Below the pieces are notes generated by a model. That model did not search any database. It was not told where the DNA came from and saw only the letters and a program-made list of their open reading frames with translations. Position numbers and translations under genes: made by a program. DNA of 50,524 bases, filler included, from Catajapyx aquilonaris (taxonomy: Eukaryota), in NCBI GenBank assembly GCA_000934665.2. It is 2 parts of 2 records of this genome, joined end to end, with 100 filler letters (N's around TTAATTAATTAA, not from the genome) between each part and the next. Parts side by side here need not be neighbours in the genome. Positions count along the whole stretch, not along the records: positions 31,777 to 50,524 come from JYFJ02007521.1; 1 more part is not named here. One strand, 5' to 3'. Shown piece by piece: positions 36,481 to 49,024 of this stretch (position 1 is its first letter; each line of letters starts with the position of its first letter).

Positions 36481-37254
36481 TCTACTCGGGACGAAAACGT
36501 CATTTATTCTCCTAAAGACAAGTGTAAGCTTCCTCTTTATGCCAACCCGCCCCCATCTGAGTCTCTTTCCGCACCCTGTGCCTCCCACTCCGGAAGCCAA
36601 AAAACCCCAGCTCTGATTTCCCCTGGCCTAATCCAATTCCGGGTTGAAATATGCAACTCGACACTCATCCCCTTCCCTCTTTTCAATTTCATTAGGGCCA
36701 AAACGCTGGGCTCATCAAAATAAAAATGCGGTCGAGAATGTCACTGGCCCCCGAGGGTCACACACCCATTGTGACTCAAAAAAATAAGAGTCGTAAAAGA
36801 AGAAAAAAAAAATCAAAACGAGGAACAGGAGGGGGAGGAAGAAATTTTTTGGGGGGGAGGAGGGAGCAAAAGTTGCCAACTTATGTGGCCCAACTTGCAA
36901 TTTGGTTCCAGCGCCCTGGTTTCATAAGCCATTCGAGGGAAGGTTATTCGATTAAAAAGATGCTGGGGGAAACCTACTCAGTGGAGGGGATATATTTTTT
37001 TGAAAAAAAAAAGAATAAAGGGGGGGGGGGGGGGAAGGGGGGGGGAGGAAAAACNTCCAGGGGGTGAGCTGATGAAGACACTTTTGCGGTGAGTGGGTCC
37101 GCACAATGGGGCTTGGCTGGACAGAGGGGAGCAGGAAATCGGATATTGTCAGCAAGAGTCACCCAAACAATATTTGGCAACACTACCCAGCCCGCCCCTC
37201 ACTTAGACGTAGTATGGTATGTCACTACTAGATGGCACGCAGCCTCTCTGCACG

Positions 37255-37540
37255 CTACTGCCACTCCACGGCAAAAGTTGTAACTACATGGACGTTGGTG
37301 ATGAGTCAACGCGTGTATAGGGACACTACTGCCACCCTCCATGGGGAAAGTGGGAACTACTTGCACGTTGGTGATGGTGATGAGTCAACGCGTGTACAGG
37401 GACACTGCTGCCACCCTCCACGAGGAAAGTGGGAACTACTTGCACGTTGGTGATGAGTCAACACGTGTATAGGGACACTACTGCCACCCTCCACGAGGAA
37501 AGTCGTAACTACAAGCACGTTGGTGATGAGTCAACGCATA
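37255..37540. repeat. Tandem repeat, 4 x about 71-79 nt
   Basis: Unit ctactgccaccctccacgaggaaagtgggaactacttgcacgttggtgatgagtcaacgcgtgtatagggaca; further partial copies at about 38128 (inverted) and 38240. Confidence 0.85.
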
Positions 37541-39905
37541 TAAGCACAAAGTCACGCCTAACCAAATTCTATATTATGATAAGGTTGCCACCTACGGACA
37601 GAGTCACAGTCTGGAGCTAACGACGATATGTCAAGATGATCTGTGTAAAATGGTTCCTACTTACTTGTAAGCTGTCAGAGCAAAATGGCCATCTTTTTTT
37701 TCCTTGATTCCCCTCCCCCTTCCTTTAATCCTGTTCCTTGAGGATTGGGAATCAATGTTAATTGCCCGCCAAACTCCTCCAGAAATTACGTTTATCCGGG
37801 GCGACGATTTCTACTCGACTTCCCACAAAGATAACCACAAGAAATCATTAATGGCCTCCCCAACAAGGTTTTGTCTCCCTTTTTTTTGCTCTCCCCCTTT
37901 CTTTTTTTTTATCAGACGGTGGTGGGGAGCTAAGCAGACGTAGCGGGCTGTAATTAGACTTAATGGCCCGGATTAATGGCGACAGCAGGCCAGGAAACCC
38001 CCTACTACTAATCCGGCGCCTCGACAGATGCCTCCATCCGACGCTCATTATTGTGGTCAGCAGACGTCTATGGCCCATTCAGTTGGCATCATTGCTGAAG
38101 GTTGGCAACACTGTCCGACCCGCCCCACACTCATCACCAACGTGCACGGAGTTAACGATGCGCGCCATCTATTATCGACATATCATACGCTTATAGTATG
38201 ATATGTCGCTAATAGATGGCGCGCATCGTCTTCAGACTGCGGGGAAAGTGGTAACTACATGCACGTTGGTGATGAGTCAGCGCGTGTAGGAACAAAGTCT
38301 CCTATAGCCAATTCTATAATATATGCAATGTTGGCAGCCCTGATTAGGAAGATTTGGAGACTCGAAAAAGGCGGAATGGTCCTTAAGGAGTGCTCTTTTC
38401 CTATTATTATCTGTTTTTCTCTCCTTCTCCCCAAGTCGTTAGCTGAGTTAAATGGATGGGAAAAGGGACGTTACTCCCCATCTATTTCCAACCTCGTTCG
38501 GGCTAAGCAACAATCGACGCAAGACGACGCCCACTCTTGAAAAATAACACTTGGCAAAGGTATACACAAATCAGGCTAACAGTATACGCTGAATGGACAT
38601 AGTGTCATATGCTTCTCACCTATAGATGGCGTTGGGTATGGGTATGGACGAAGTGCCGTGTCTATCACACAGGTGGCGCTGGGAAAGGAGGGGTAACCTT
38701 GACCCTCCTGATGACATCGTGCCATGCTAATCAACTAATAGATGGCGCAGAGCTCACAGCTGCCATCCGCTCGAAGAAGACCGTAACTCAACATCCACTT
38801 TCCCTTGCGGCGAGAAAAAAAAGTAGTGNGGGGGGGGCGGAACGTAGTACTGTTTCTCACATAGCACGCAGATGAAGGTGGGTGGAATGTGACCTTCCCG
38901 ATGGGAGTGGACGTAGTACATGCCTCTCACGCAGGTGGCGCAGGGGAAGGAGTGGGGTAAACTTGGCCCTTCCCATCAGCGCAAGAGTTATCGTGATTGG
39001 AGTGTGCTCATGTCCCGCAAATGAGTCAGGGAGGGCACAAAAGGGGTGGGCAAGATTGTCCCGAAATGTCATCGGCCCAGCTTCCCCAACACTTCCGGGC
39101 CTTTGCATTGTGCCTCAGCATCCCCCCCGCAGCCATTATTATCCTGGACCCCCCCTTCAAAAGATGAGTCTCTCTCCTCCCCCGCCACAGTAGCCCAGCT
39201 TCCGATTCATCCCCCCCCCCATTGCTCTCCAGCCGAGCATCGCACTACTCCGCGACGCCTACTCACCTAAATGGCCATTGTTAACAGAGGCCCTTCTTCT
39301 TCTCCTTCCTGTCCATACACCGCCACTTTTCCTACTGTCGATGCCCCGACAATCAAAAGCTGTACGGTCTAATGGGCCGTCTCCACTGTAGAACCGGAGC
39401 ATTATTACTTCCTGATGCATTCACAGCGATCCTCATTCAAGACACAGCAGGATAGGCGATGGAAGTGTCGTATGCTATATCCGCCGATTGCATCAGTAAC
39501 GACGCGCCGTACACCATATAACATGTCTACATAATTTCCTCCTATTGTTGCATAGAACGTACTTTTGGCATTAAAATGAGTATAAAACATGCCGTACTGC
39601 GGTACCGGCACTGTGCGGTACTGTGGTATGTAGTTTCCTACCAGGCCGGTAGAGGCGCCACATGCCCGATTCGCCTTCATAATTAACTTCCAAATAATCG
39701 CACCGTTTATTAATCAGTGTACGAATTTAGCTCACACTAATTATTAGTAGCCTCATAAAAATAATTAGCCTCATTATTTAATCGCTTTTTGAGCAAGTGC
39801 CGCCATCTTTATTGCGACATTATTTTTCCAAAATGGCCGCCGCCTCGCACGTGTAAAAATTTTCACGTTCGATCCGCGAAAAAAAAGTGAAGTTTGCGCG
39901 CAAAA

Positions 39906-40598
39906 ATGAGGATCGAGAAGTGCTATTTCTGCTCGTCTAGCATCTATCCTGGACATGGGATCCAATTTGTGCGAAATGACTGCAAGGTGAGGCCACTAAT
40001 GAGCAGCAATAGAATGTGGAAATGGTTCACTTAATTACACTTTTTTTTTGTTTAATTGTCTTAATTATTTTGCAAGGTGTTCAAGTTCTGTCGGAGCAAA
40101 TGTCATGCTGCTTTTAAGAAGAAGAAGAATCCACGTAAGGTGCGGTGGACAAAAGCGTTTAGGAAGTCGGCGGGTAAGGAGCTGACGGTCGACCCTGCGT
40201 TTGAGTTTGAAAAGCGGCGCAACGTGCCCATAAAGTACAACCGGGAGCTCTGGAAGAAATCAGGTAATATTCTTTGGTTGTACCGCATAATCTGGCGTAC
40301 TCACACTTACATCTTTGCAGTGGATGCGATGCGTCGAGTCGAGGCCATCAAGCAGCGTCGGCAGGCTCATTACGTGATGGGCCGTCTGCGTAAAGCAAGA
40401 GAGATCGAGCGGGACCGAGACGTTAAGGAGGTACAGCGTGACCTCGCACTCATCAGGTCGCCAGCTGCTGGCCTAAAGAGGCCGCAGGTCATCGTGGAGG
40501 ATCCGGACGCAATGGAAGAATCGCCGATGGAAAAGGCAACAGAAGACAAGCTGACAATCCCTCTCAAATTGGAGGATGTCGAAATGGAATTGGCGTAA
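39906..40598 (+). CDS. RSL24D1: Ribosome biogenesis protein RLP24
   Basis: Exons 39906-39986, 40077-40263, 40321-40598: [66 protein letters not shown], the L24e-family RLP24 signature. Confidence 0.95.
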
Positions 40599-40630
40599 TA
40601 AAACCGCATTGTTGTAGTACGCCCGCTTTA

Positions 40631-41775
40631 TTAATAGTGCGGCTCGGTGAGCGCCGGATGCCAATAGGCAAGTCCGAGTGTCTCGCAAGTCCACCGGAAA
40701 TGCTTGGGCGGTCTGGCCGTTAACACTAGGTCATTTCCTTTGCCGTGAAATGACGGGAGGGAAATCCGCTGGAGGTGCAGATGCGTCGGTATGGATTCGT
40801 ACTCCTCTCGCTTTACTTGCAGTGCGCGGGCTAGTTCACGCGGGATCACCTGCAGCGTTGGAGCGACTTCAGGGCTTATTTCCATCGGTACGCCCATCAC
40901 CTTGCATACTCTTGATCCGTACAGGTGGTCACCAAGGATTGGAGCCAGATGCGACGCCATGTAGACACGCAGGAAATGCCACTTCATAGCCGTACATGAC
41001 ACTTCGACAAGTGTGGCTCCGGATGATGCGAACACAGTCTTGTAGCTGACCACCACCGGCTTGACGTTCCCGAGGTCAATCTGGCGCCGGCTCAAGTTAT
41101 ACTCGGGAAGCACAACCGGGTAGTGGCGCTGTACGTCCGGGTTGTGGCTCCGTTCAAGCTTGATTCCGACCCTTTCCGATGCCGCATCTGGAACCGGCGA
41201 GCCGACAACGACAGCCCGGAATGTGTACGGCGGCTGCTTCGTACCCTTAGCGCGCATTACAGCAGCTCTGAACTTGTCTGCCGCATGCCGTGTCTTCGCC
41301 AGTATGGTTAACCCGCTGGTGTACTTCTCCGCACACTTCACCACCTCAAGGCGGTTCAGCTCGAGCCGCTCTTGAATGATCGGTATGGCCGCCTGCATAC
41401 TATACTCCGGTGCTTCTCTCGCCTCTTTAGCGACCCCATACGGCTTGTTCAGTACCAGCAACTCATCTGAAACGGTACATGTCAACCCAACTCTTCACAC
41501 AACCAAAAAATGTGGCTCACACCTTCATCATAAACCACATCCTGCAACAGATGGTCACAAAATTCCTGCACATTTGCCCACGGGTAGAGCCTCCTGTAGT
41601 AGTGTCCCCGTGTGTCCTCCCCTCGGTCCAATCCGAGCCAAGCCTTTTTCTTTCCCTGTCGCTGCTGCGTGACCTTTATCGCCTTTTCCCCTAGGTACAA
41701 TGACCTGGAGGTCACCCGTGACCCCGACAAATCACGTGGAAGGTGACCCAACATGCTGCCCATGGTCGCCGCCAT
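40631..41775 (-). CDS. RPUSD3: RluA-family pseudouridine synthase-like protein, RPUSD3-like (mitochondrial)
   Basis: Exons 41775-41523 and 41466-40631. Motifs VVYDEDELLVLNKPYG, EKYTSGLTILAK, HFLRVYMA, PILGDHLYG, HLH. The HRLD catalytic motif is absent. N-terminus is Arg/Ser-rich and presequence-like. The symbol is tentative (RPUSD3/4 clade). Confidence 0.7.
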
Positions 41776-42317
41776 CTTGGAAAAACTTCAGGCCGCATCC
41801 GAATATCTCTGGCTGCGTCCGAATAGGATGTGACCGCGTCCGAATATCTCAGTCCGCGTCCGAATGAGCGCGCCAATTTTCAAAAAACATTTTTTGATCA
41901 GTTATGGCCACTTATTTAAGACATATTTTGAGTTTGAAAATTAATAATGGTTAACAAAATAATTCGTCACGGTGTAAATTAATGAAGGTGGCTTAATCAG
42001 CTGGGATCAACACATTTCGAAAGCTACAGTACATTTTTTTTTTAGGTGGAAAAATTCATTTATCTTCATATTATAACTGTTGATATAAATAATTATAGAA
42101 TCACAATAACATTCGATTAAACTTCAGGCAACAAAAAAGAAAAAGGTACAATTCAACAAGGAAGCTCGCAAAAAAAAAAAAATTACAATTAATTCCCTGC
42201 GGATCACAGACTAGAGAAGCCCCTTGCACGACTTGTCCGTTCGCTTTGAATTAACACTATAACAATACAATGGACGTCATGGTTAGGCAGGAAAAATAGG
42301 TACGCAGCATAAAGGCC

Positions 42318-44964
42318 TCATAGTTTCTCGACGTAGTTGGCCGGAAATAGTCCTTCCTTCTGGCCGACACGTCCTTTCCACCATCCGCCTGCATCTGCAT
42401 GAAAAGGTCGTTAGCGACATGATTTATTAATGAGTACGCAACACGACAAGCGCTTACCCTCTTGCAGGATGAAGATGATGTCTCCCTCTTTGATGTTGAG
42501 TTCGTCCACATCTTTCGCATCGTATGTGTACAGTGCTTGGCAGCGTGGGAAGTTCTCGGCTGGCTTCACCTTGCCTGGCGGTCGTGGCCTGCCTCCAGCC
42601 GGAACTGGCTTCATTTGCTGCTGCGAGTTGCGTACGCTCTGCCGCTTCGTCCTGAAACAGATTGCGGTTCAGTCATGTCTTACGCTTCGGTATAACGAGC
42701 CATACCCTGCGACTCCAGCGTTTGGCGGCCTCATATAATCTGGCGGCACTGGGGATGGACTTCGCCGCAGTTGGACCTGCTGCGGTGCGATGCTGGTCGG
42801 CATCCTCGGCACAGCGTTGGTGGCGGGCCTCGGAAACCCGACGTTTGCGGGCCTGGGACCAATTGGCCTCATCATCGGTACTGACCCAGGTGCTGGAAGC
42901 CTGAACTGACCCGGCATTGGGAGCTGGGTTGGTTGGTTTGGAGGTGCAGGGCCGGTCGGTGGCGGAGGGGGTCGGAATGAGGGACGACCTGGGGTGATCG
43001 GTGGTGAGGCATATTCTTGCGGGATCGGAGGCGGCGAAAATGCAGGTGGGCCAGCACGTGGCGGCTGCGGGGCGGCACGAGTTGGCCGGTTCATACGTTG
43101 CCCGGTGCCCATCTGTATTTTAATGTGACGAGCCGCATTTCTTGTTTCAGAATCCACCGGACCTCGTTCAGACGGCTCTAATTACACAAACAAATTAATT
43201 GGGGTCAAACCATCGCAAAATGAGATTGCATACTTGTATCCTTCGGAAGTCCAGGCCCGATCGCAATGTGTAGGACTTTCCCCGATGGCTTCAGTTGCGC
43301 CAAGTCGCCGCTTCCAGGCTCGAACTTCAGTGTCCGACTACCTCCGCCACCCCAGCCTTCCTTCTTAACAGTGTACTCCAACCTGGCAATGACAATTGCG
43401 ATTACACAACGAACACATTACTATCCGGTGACAACACTTACGCGTCGGAAAACTTGATGGAAAGTTCCCTCCCGAGCTTATCCTTGTACCGCTTGTTCAG
43501 CGTGCTTAGAAACTCCGTCTTGAATATCATTTCCAGCACCGATGCGTAGTCGTTCCGTATGTGCAGAACCACAAAGTCGTCCTGCCTGGTGCTTAGCGCC
43601 ACATGCGATATATTCTCCATCTGAAGGCACCGCTTCACGACCGCCACGGCTTCCCCTTTTCTCTGCCCCTTCTTCGCCTTCTCTCGACCGATCAGATAAA
43701 TGGCCGAGGCCGTCAGGATCAAGTCACGCTTGGCGGCTTTGAACCGACGGTCGTACTTAGTCACAACCTCCGCATGCTCGATCCGTTCACGTCGTCCGAT
43801 CAGTAAGCGCAACTCAGGCTGGTGATCCATCCCTATGTAGTCGCCGTTAAATCCGCGGTTTAATGAAAATCTGCGGCGCTCCTTATGGCCCAACACCAAG
43901 CTGGATGCGGCCTGTCGCTGAAGCAGGAACTGCCGACGTGTAAAGTAGCGACGAAACGCCTTCTGAATAACCCTTGCGTATCCATCATACCGACGTTCAC
44001 GCATTTCCTCCAACAGAAACAGCGACTCGGGGGCTTTGATGAACACCTGTAAGTACACCCCGGTTATACTCACGCTTTATATGAAATGTACGGCACAAAC
44101 CTTGCTTTTCCCCAACTGGAACTGATCCGGATCCATGCTGACCGATTGCATTATCAAATGGATCCCTTCCTGCGGACGTCCCTGCCAAGCAGGCCATGTC
44201 TCTTTCGTTAATATTGCGTACCTCTGCAGGAACTTGCTGAACGGCCGTCTGTACGCAAACCCGGCTCGTCGCACGCGTATGTTCTCCTTCAGCCCCAAGT
44301 ACTCCACCTGATGAAGCACCCTCGCTTCCTCCCAGTCCTTCGGCCGCTTCGTCTCATTCGGCTTGATGCACCGGATATAGTGCGGAGTACATTTCATCAA
44401 GGTTTCGACTAGCTTGTTAGCCTGCGTTTTGATCTTAGTTCCGGCAGTGGTGGGCCGGCTTTTGCTTCCGGACGTCACCTCTTCCGGGAACAGGTTTTGG
44501 ATGAACGGACTGAAATAATTGGAAATGGTCAGACTAAAGGTGCGACAACTACACAGCGACTGCGTACTTAGCGCTTCCTTGCATCAACTGGATCAGATCT
44601 GGGAATAGAACGTCACGGTTCTTATCGCAGAATCCAGTCACATTGTAGCTGACGGCTCCTGCGTAATGGTGGATCACGAAGCCGTCTTTAGCCGACTGGT
44701 AGTGCTGATGGGAGTTGACAGCCGCACCTAATTTCTGCGGTGATAATACCGGTAATTAAATTTAATAATTAATACAGATGCGGCCGAGCGAACCTGCTGC
44801 AAGTCTTGGTCGGCTCCCTCGGACACGGCATGCATCGTGGCGCACACGTCGTCCAGCACGGCCATGATCCCAGGTGGCCTCTTGCTCTCAATCAGCTCGC
44901 AGACGACCTTGTTGTTGAAGAAATCAATCTGCGTCCACTTGATCCCTTCTTGCACGTACTCTTC
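42318..44964 (-). CDS. MYO1E: Long-tailed class I myosin (IE/IF type), 3' exons; 5' exons lie beyond the window
   Basis: [54 protein letters not shown], single IQ, TH1, Pro-rich TH2 and SH3 ([16 protein letters not shown]). The upstream-most visible exon begins at an acceptor at 44964. Confidence 0.93.
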
Positions 44965-45210
44965 CTGCGGATATAAAAAAGAGGTGAAACATGTACTTGG
45001 AGGTGCCAGTATCCAAAATCAGTCATGGTGACAGTTCACTTCCTGATCTACGCACGAGGTCAGCTCCACGACTAATTTGGTTAGCTCCGGTGAAAGTGTA
45101 AGGCTTACTTTTTTTTATAAAAAAAAATGAGTGGAGCGGACATCTCCAGCTCTTCCGCACTGGACTCTGTATATAAGGTTTGGGTGGCTCGGTGGGGTTT
45201 CCAAAGAATC

Positions 45211-45515
45211 ATGTCGCAGCTTCTGAAGGTGAGTTGGGTTGTTGCGTTTTTTAAAATTCATCTCATGCGTTGTTGTTTCCTCCGCAGTGTGTGGTCCTCC
45301 TGGTGCTTCTGGTGGGTGCGTTGAGTGCGCCTGTGCCTGGCCACCACTCGGGTGAGCACGATGCACTGTATGGAGTGAAGGCGTCCGACCTGATTGGCAA
45401 CCCGGAGGACTTCCTGGGCAACCCGGACGACCTGGCAGGAGTGAAGAAGGGCTACGAGGACCACAACGACAACTACGGGAAGCATGGTTACCTCGATCCG
45501 GACCACGACTACTGA
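45211..45515 (+). CDS. Nested small secreted His/Asp/Gly-rich protein (81 aa)
   Basis: TATATAA at about 45170; exon 45211-45228 (MSQLLK|gtgagt), exon 45288-45515 with signal peptide; AATAAA at about 45546. Confidence 0.75.
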
Positions 45516-45734
45516 CCAACAAGCGTGTACGCAGTTTTACGCAGCAATAAACAAAGCGCAATCACTACCTGGATTTTCTCCCAATCGCTTTCTCTGGTTG
45601 TTGCCTTGTTGACCATCCAAGCAACGCACTCCCTCCTCAAACGGTCATGCCTATTTGTCTGTACCCAACCGTGATTGTCCAGTGTCCGGTATATAAAATG
45701 GGACAGTTGGAGGCTGAAGGACCTCAGACAGGAC

Positions 45735-46932
45735 ATGGAGACCTTCAAGGTAAGTGTCACAATTATCAGTCAAGGGCAGTTTCCATCGACAGACTTGGTT
45801 CACACGGGCGTCGTTGGTCGTTGTCGTTGGGTCGCTCGAGTCAAAGCCCTACTTGTGTTCACATGGGCGTCGTAACGACCCAACAACGATTTAATGAGGG
45901 GTTCACACGGACGTCGTTGGTTGTTCGGTCGTTGTCTTTAAGTGCTCGCGACCCGCGACCCGCGACCCGCGACATTCGACAAATCGGGTTCACACGGACG
46001 TCGTTGTCGGAAACTATCTCAATCGACAGACTTGGTTCACACGGGCGTCGTTGGTCGTTCAGTGTTTGTCGGTGGGTCGGTGTCGGAATTGACAAAGACT
46101 GAACGATCAACGACCAACGACGCCCATGTGAGCCAAGTCTGCACATGTCGATTGAGGCTGACTTTGGCTGAGTTTCCGACAACGACAACGACGGCCGTGT
46201 GAACCCGATTTGTCGAATGTCGCGGGTCGCTGCCGGAAACGAGCACTTAAAGACAACAACCGAACGACCAACGACGTCCGTGTGAACCTCTCATTCAATC
46301 GTTGTCCACGTTTAGTCGTTGTTGGATCGTTACGACGCCCATGTGAACACAACCTTGACTCGATCGACCCAACGACAACGACCAACGACGCCCGTATGAA
46401 TCCATGTCGATTGAAGCTGACCTTGACTGAGTTTCCGACCACTGAAAGACAACGACGTCCGTGTGAACCAGATTTGTCGATTGTCGCGGGTCGCTGTCGG
46501 AACTGAGGCCTTAAAAGACAGCGACCGAACGACCAACGACGTCCGTGTGAACCCATATCGATTGACGCTGACCTTGACCGAGTTTCCGATAACTGAAAGA
46601 CAACGACCAACGACAACGATGTCCGTGTGAACCCGATTTGTCGACTGTCGCGGGTCGCTGTCGGAACCGACGACTTCCGACCAACGACGTCCGTGTGAAC
46701 CCAATCTTGTCGATTCCAGCTGACGACCCTGTTGGTGGTGGTGTCTCTCCTGGTGGCCCCATCCGTGGCTCATGATTCGTCGGAGGAGTTCTCGGGAGAG
46801 GACAACGACGACCTGGCGGACGGCACCGACTACACGGCCGACCAAGGAGGCGCCTACATCGACCACGGCGCCACCGGCGGAGGCGTCGCCTACACCAATC
46901 CATTCGAGTCATACGTCCCTCCTCACCACTAA
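45735..46932 (+). CDS. Nested small secreted acidic protein (75 aa)
   Basis: TATATAAAA at about 45690; exon 45735-45749 (METFK|gtaagt), exon 46720-46932 (LTTLLVVVSLLVAPSVA-HDSSEEFSGEDNDDLAD...YVPPHH). Confidence 0.75.
45786..46713. mobile_element. Modular foldback element
   Basis: ggttcacacgg(g/a)cgtcgttggtcgtt units point forward to about 46100 and are inverted thereafter; TCGACA...TGTCGA ends; TTCCA on both sides. Confidence 0.7.
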
Positions 46933-47245
46933 GTACATGTACCGCCGTTAATTGCACAAAATATATACATTTTTTTTAGTAAATAATAATTAAACCGCAG
47001 TATATGCTCTCCCTTCACTACTGTTATGTCACCTTGATCCCAAGTTATGCAACACAAGGAACCTTCTGCGGTCCTGTCCGATCATGTCTGACGGACACAC
47101 GTGCGTGTGTCAGCCAATCCCAGGCTCCGGGAGTGAAAGCGGCCGGTCAATTAGGGGCTACGAGAGAAGCGGTCAACCTTCGACACCCTGTACCGTATAA
47201 ATAGACAGGGTGCTGTGCACTGCACCCCATACTGTACAGAGCATC

Positions 47246-49024
47246 ATGTACGGGAAGGTTGCTGTACTGGGTGCCTTGTTTTTGGTGGTGGCCCAGGGGG
47301 CGCCGCAGTTCGGCGGCGGGGGCGATTTTGGAGGAGGCGGCGGGGGCGGGGGCGATTTTGGGGGAGGNGAGGCGGGGGCGATTTTGGGGGCGGAGGCGGA
47401 GGGGGCGGAGATTTCGGCGGAGGTGACTTCGGCGGTGGAGACTTTGGAGGATTCGGCGGAGGAGGCGGAAATGACTTTGGTAAGGACAGATCAGGATAAG
47501 AGTAGCGCTGACGGCAAAGGTATCATACCAATTCGCCCGACGTACATGTTCGCTCGGCGAAAAATTCGCCTGGCGAAATTTCGTCAGGCGAAAATAATCG
47601 CCCATGGACATTCGCNCAGGCGAAAATAATCGCCCATGGACATTCGCCCGACTGACATGTTCGCTCGTCGAAAAATTCGCACGGCGAAATTCGCCCATGG
47701 ACATTCGCCCGACGTACATGTTCGCTCGTCGATAAATTCGCCCGGCGGAATTTCTTCTGGCGAATTTTTCGACGAGCGGATATGTACGTCGGAGCGAATT
47801 TTCATCCTGGGCGAACTCTTGACAGAACAGAAGCTACAGTTATCGTGATTCTTTGCAGGTGGCGGATTCGGCGGAGGCGATTTTGGAGGCAATTTCGGCG
47901 GAGGTGACTTCGGAGGCGGAGGAGGAGGCGGCGGTGGCAATGGGGGAGGCGGCGGCGGGGGCGACTTTGGCGGCGGGAATTTCGGCGGGGGAGGCGGCGG
48001 AAATTTCGGAGGGGGCGGAGGCGGATTTGGCGGAGGCGGATTCGGCGCATTCGGCGGCCCCGGATTCGGAGCAGCTGCTGCTCAGGTGAGACATACCGAT
48101 GATCTTTACGACGCGACGAATTTGCAAAGCCACAGTAACGTTCGTTGACCTTTACTACGCCGGAGGGGCGGGGCAGTTCATAGAACGCGTCCGAATGGGC
48201 GCATCTCGCCGTGACAGAGCCACAATAACGTTCGTCGGCCAACAAATGCCATCTAAAGAATTGGCTTCGTCTCTGCCTCTGTCCACGTAGCTAAATCATT
48301 GAATAAGTGCTGAAGCTCCTTCATCTTCCTCTAACGACCGAGTGCGCACCCAGATTCACGCAGCTCAACCTAGTGCGCACACCAGTTCACGCAGCTCGTG
48401 CGCAGTCTGTTGCGCTGCGCCATTATGGATGCGCACTCGGTCGTGATGAAGCGGGAGGACCCTCTCACAACCGAGTGCGCACCCCAGTTCACGCAGCTCG
48501 TGCGCAGTCGGTTGCATGCTCCATTATGGATGCGCACTCGGTCGTGAGGAAGCAGGGGGATCCTCTCACGACCGAGTGCGCACCCCAGTTCACGCAGCTC
48601 GTGCGCAGTCGGTTGCATGCTCCATTATGGATGCGCACTCGGTCGTGATGAAGCGGGAGGACCCTCTCACGACCGAGTGCGCACCCCAGTTCACGCAGCT
48701 CGTGCGCAGTAGGTCGCGCTGCGCCATTATGGATGCGCACTCGGTCGTGATGAAGCGGGAGGACCCTCGTGCGACCTTGAGAGTGGTAGTAGCCATCTAT
48801 GTGAGGGATATGGTACTGCCAGGTGGTTCACCAGTTTATTTTCATTCCAGAACGTGCAGTCGTTCGGCGGAGGTGCTGGCGCTCGTGGTCCTGGCGCATT
48901 AGGCGGCGCTGGAGGGTTTGGTGGCGCCGGAGCCGTCGGTGGCGTCCGAGGCGTCGGCGGCGTCGCTGGTGGTCGCGGCCAGTCCGGTCCTACCGGCAAC
49001 TTCGGTGCAGGCGGTTTCTTCTAA
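47246..49024 (+). CDS. Nested secreted glycine-rich protein, (GGG[D/N]F)n
   Basis: TATAAATA at about 47197. Exons 47246-47479, 47859-48085, 48851-49024. Signal peptide MYGKVAVLGALFLVVAQG. The frame break coincides with an N at 47368. Confidence 0.75.
47519..47830. mobile_element. Intronic MITE-like element with internal ttcgcc repeats
   Basis: Repeated attcgccc/ggcgaa motifs with loosely inverted ends. Confidence 0.5.
48333..48768. repeat. Tandem repeat, about 4.5 x about 101 nt, each unit self-complementary
   Basis: tcacgaccgagtgcgcaccc ... ggatgcgcactcggtcgtga within each unit. Confidence 0.85.

Noticed and set aside
45647..46957. Overlapping ORFs with repeated GSHGRR / RTSL motifs
   Set aside because: By-products of the stop-poor foldback repeat.
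47360..47380. Frameshift or pseudogenisation of the Gly-rich gene
   Set aside because: The break falls on an N in a G-rich repeat and is probably an unresolved base count.
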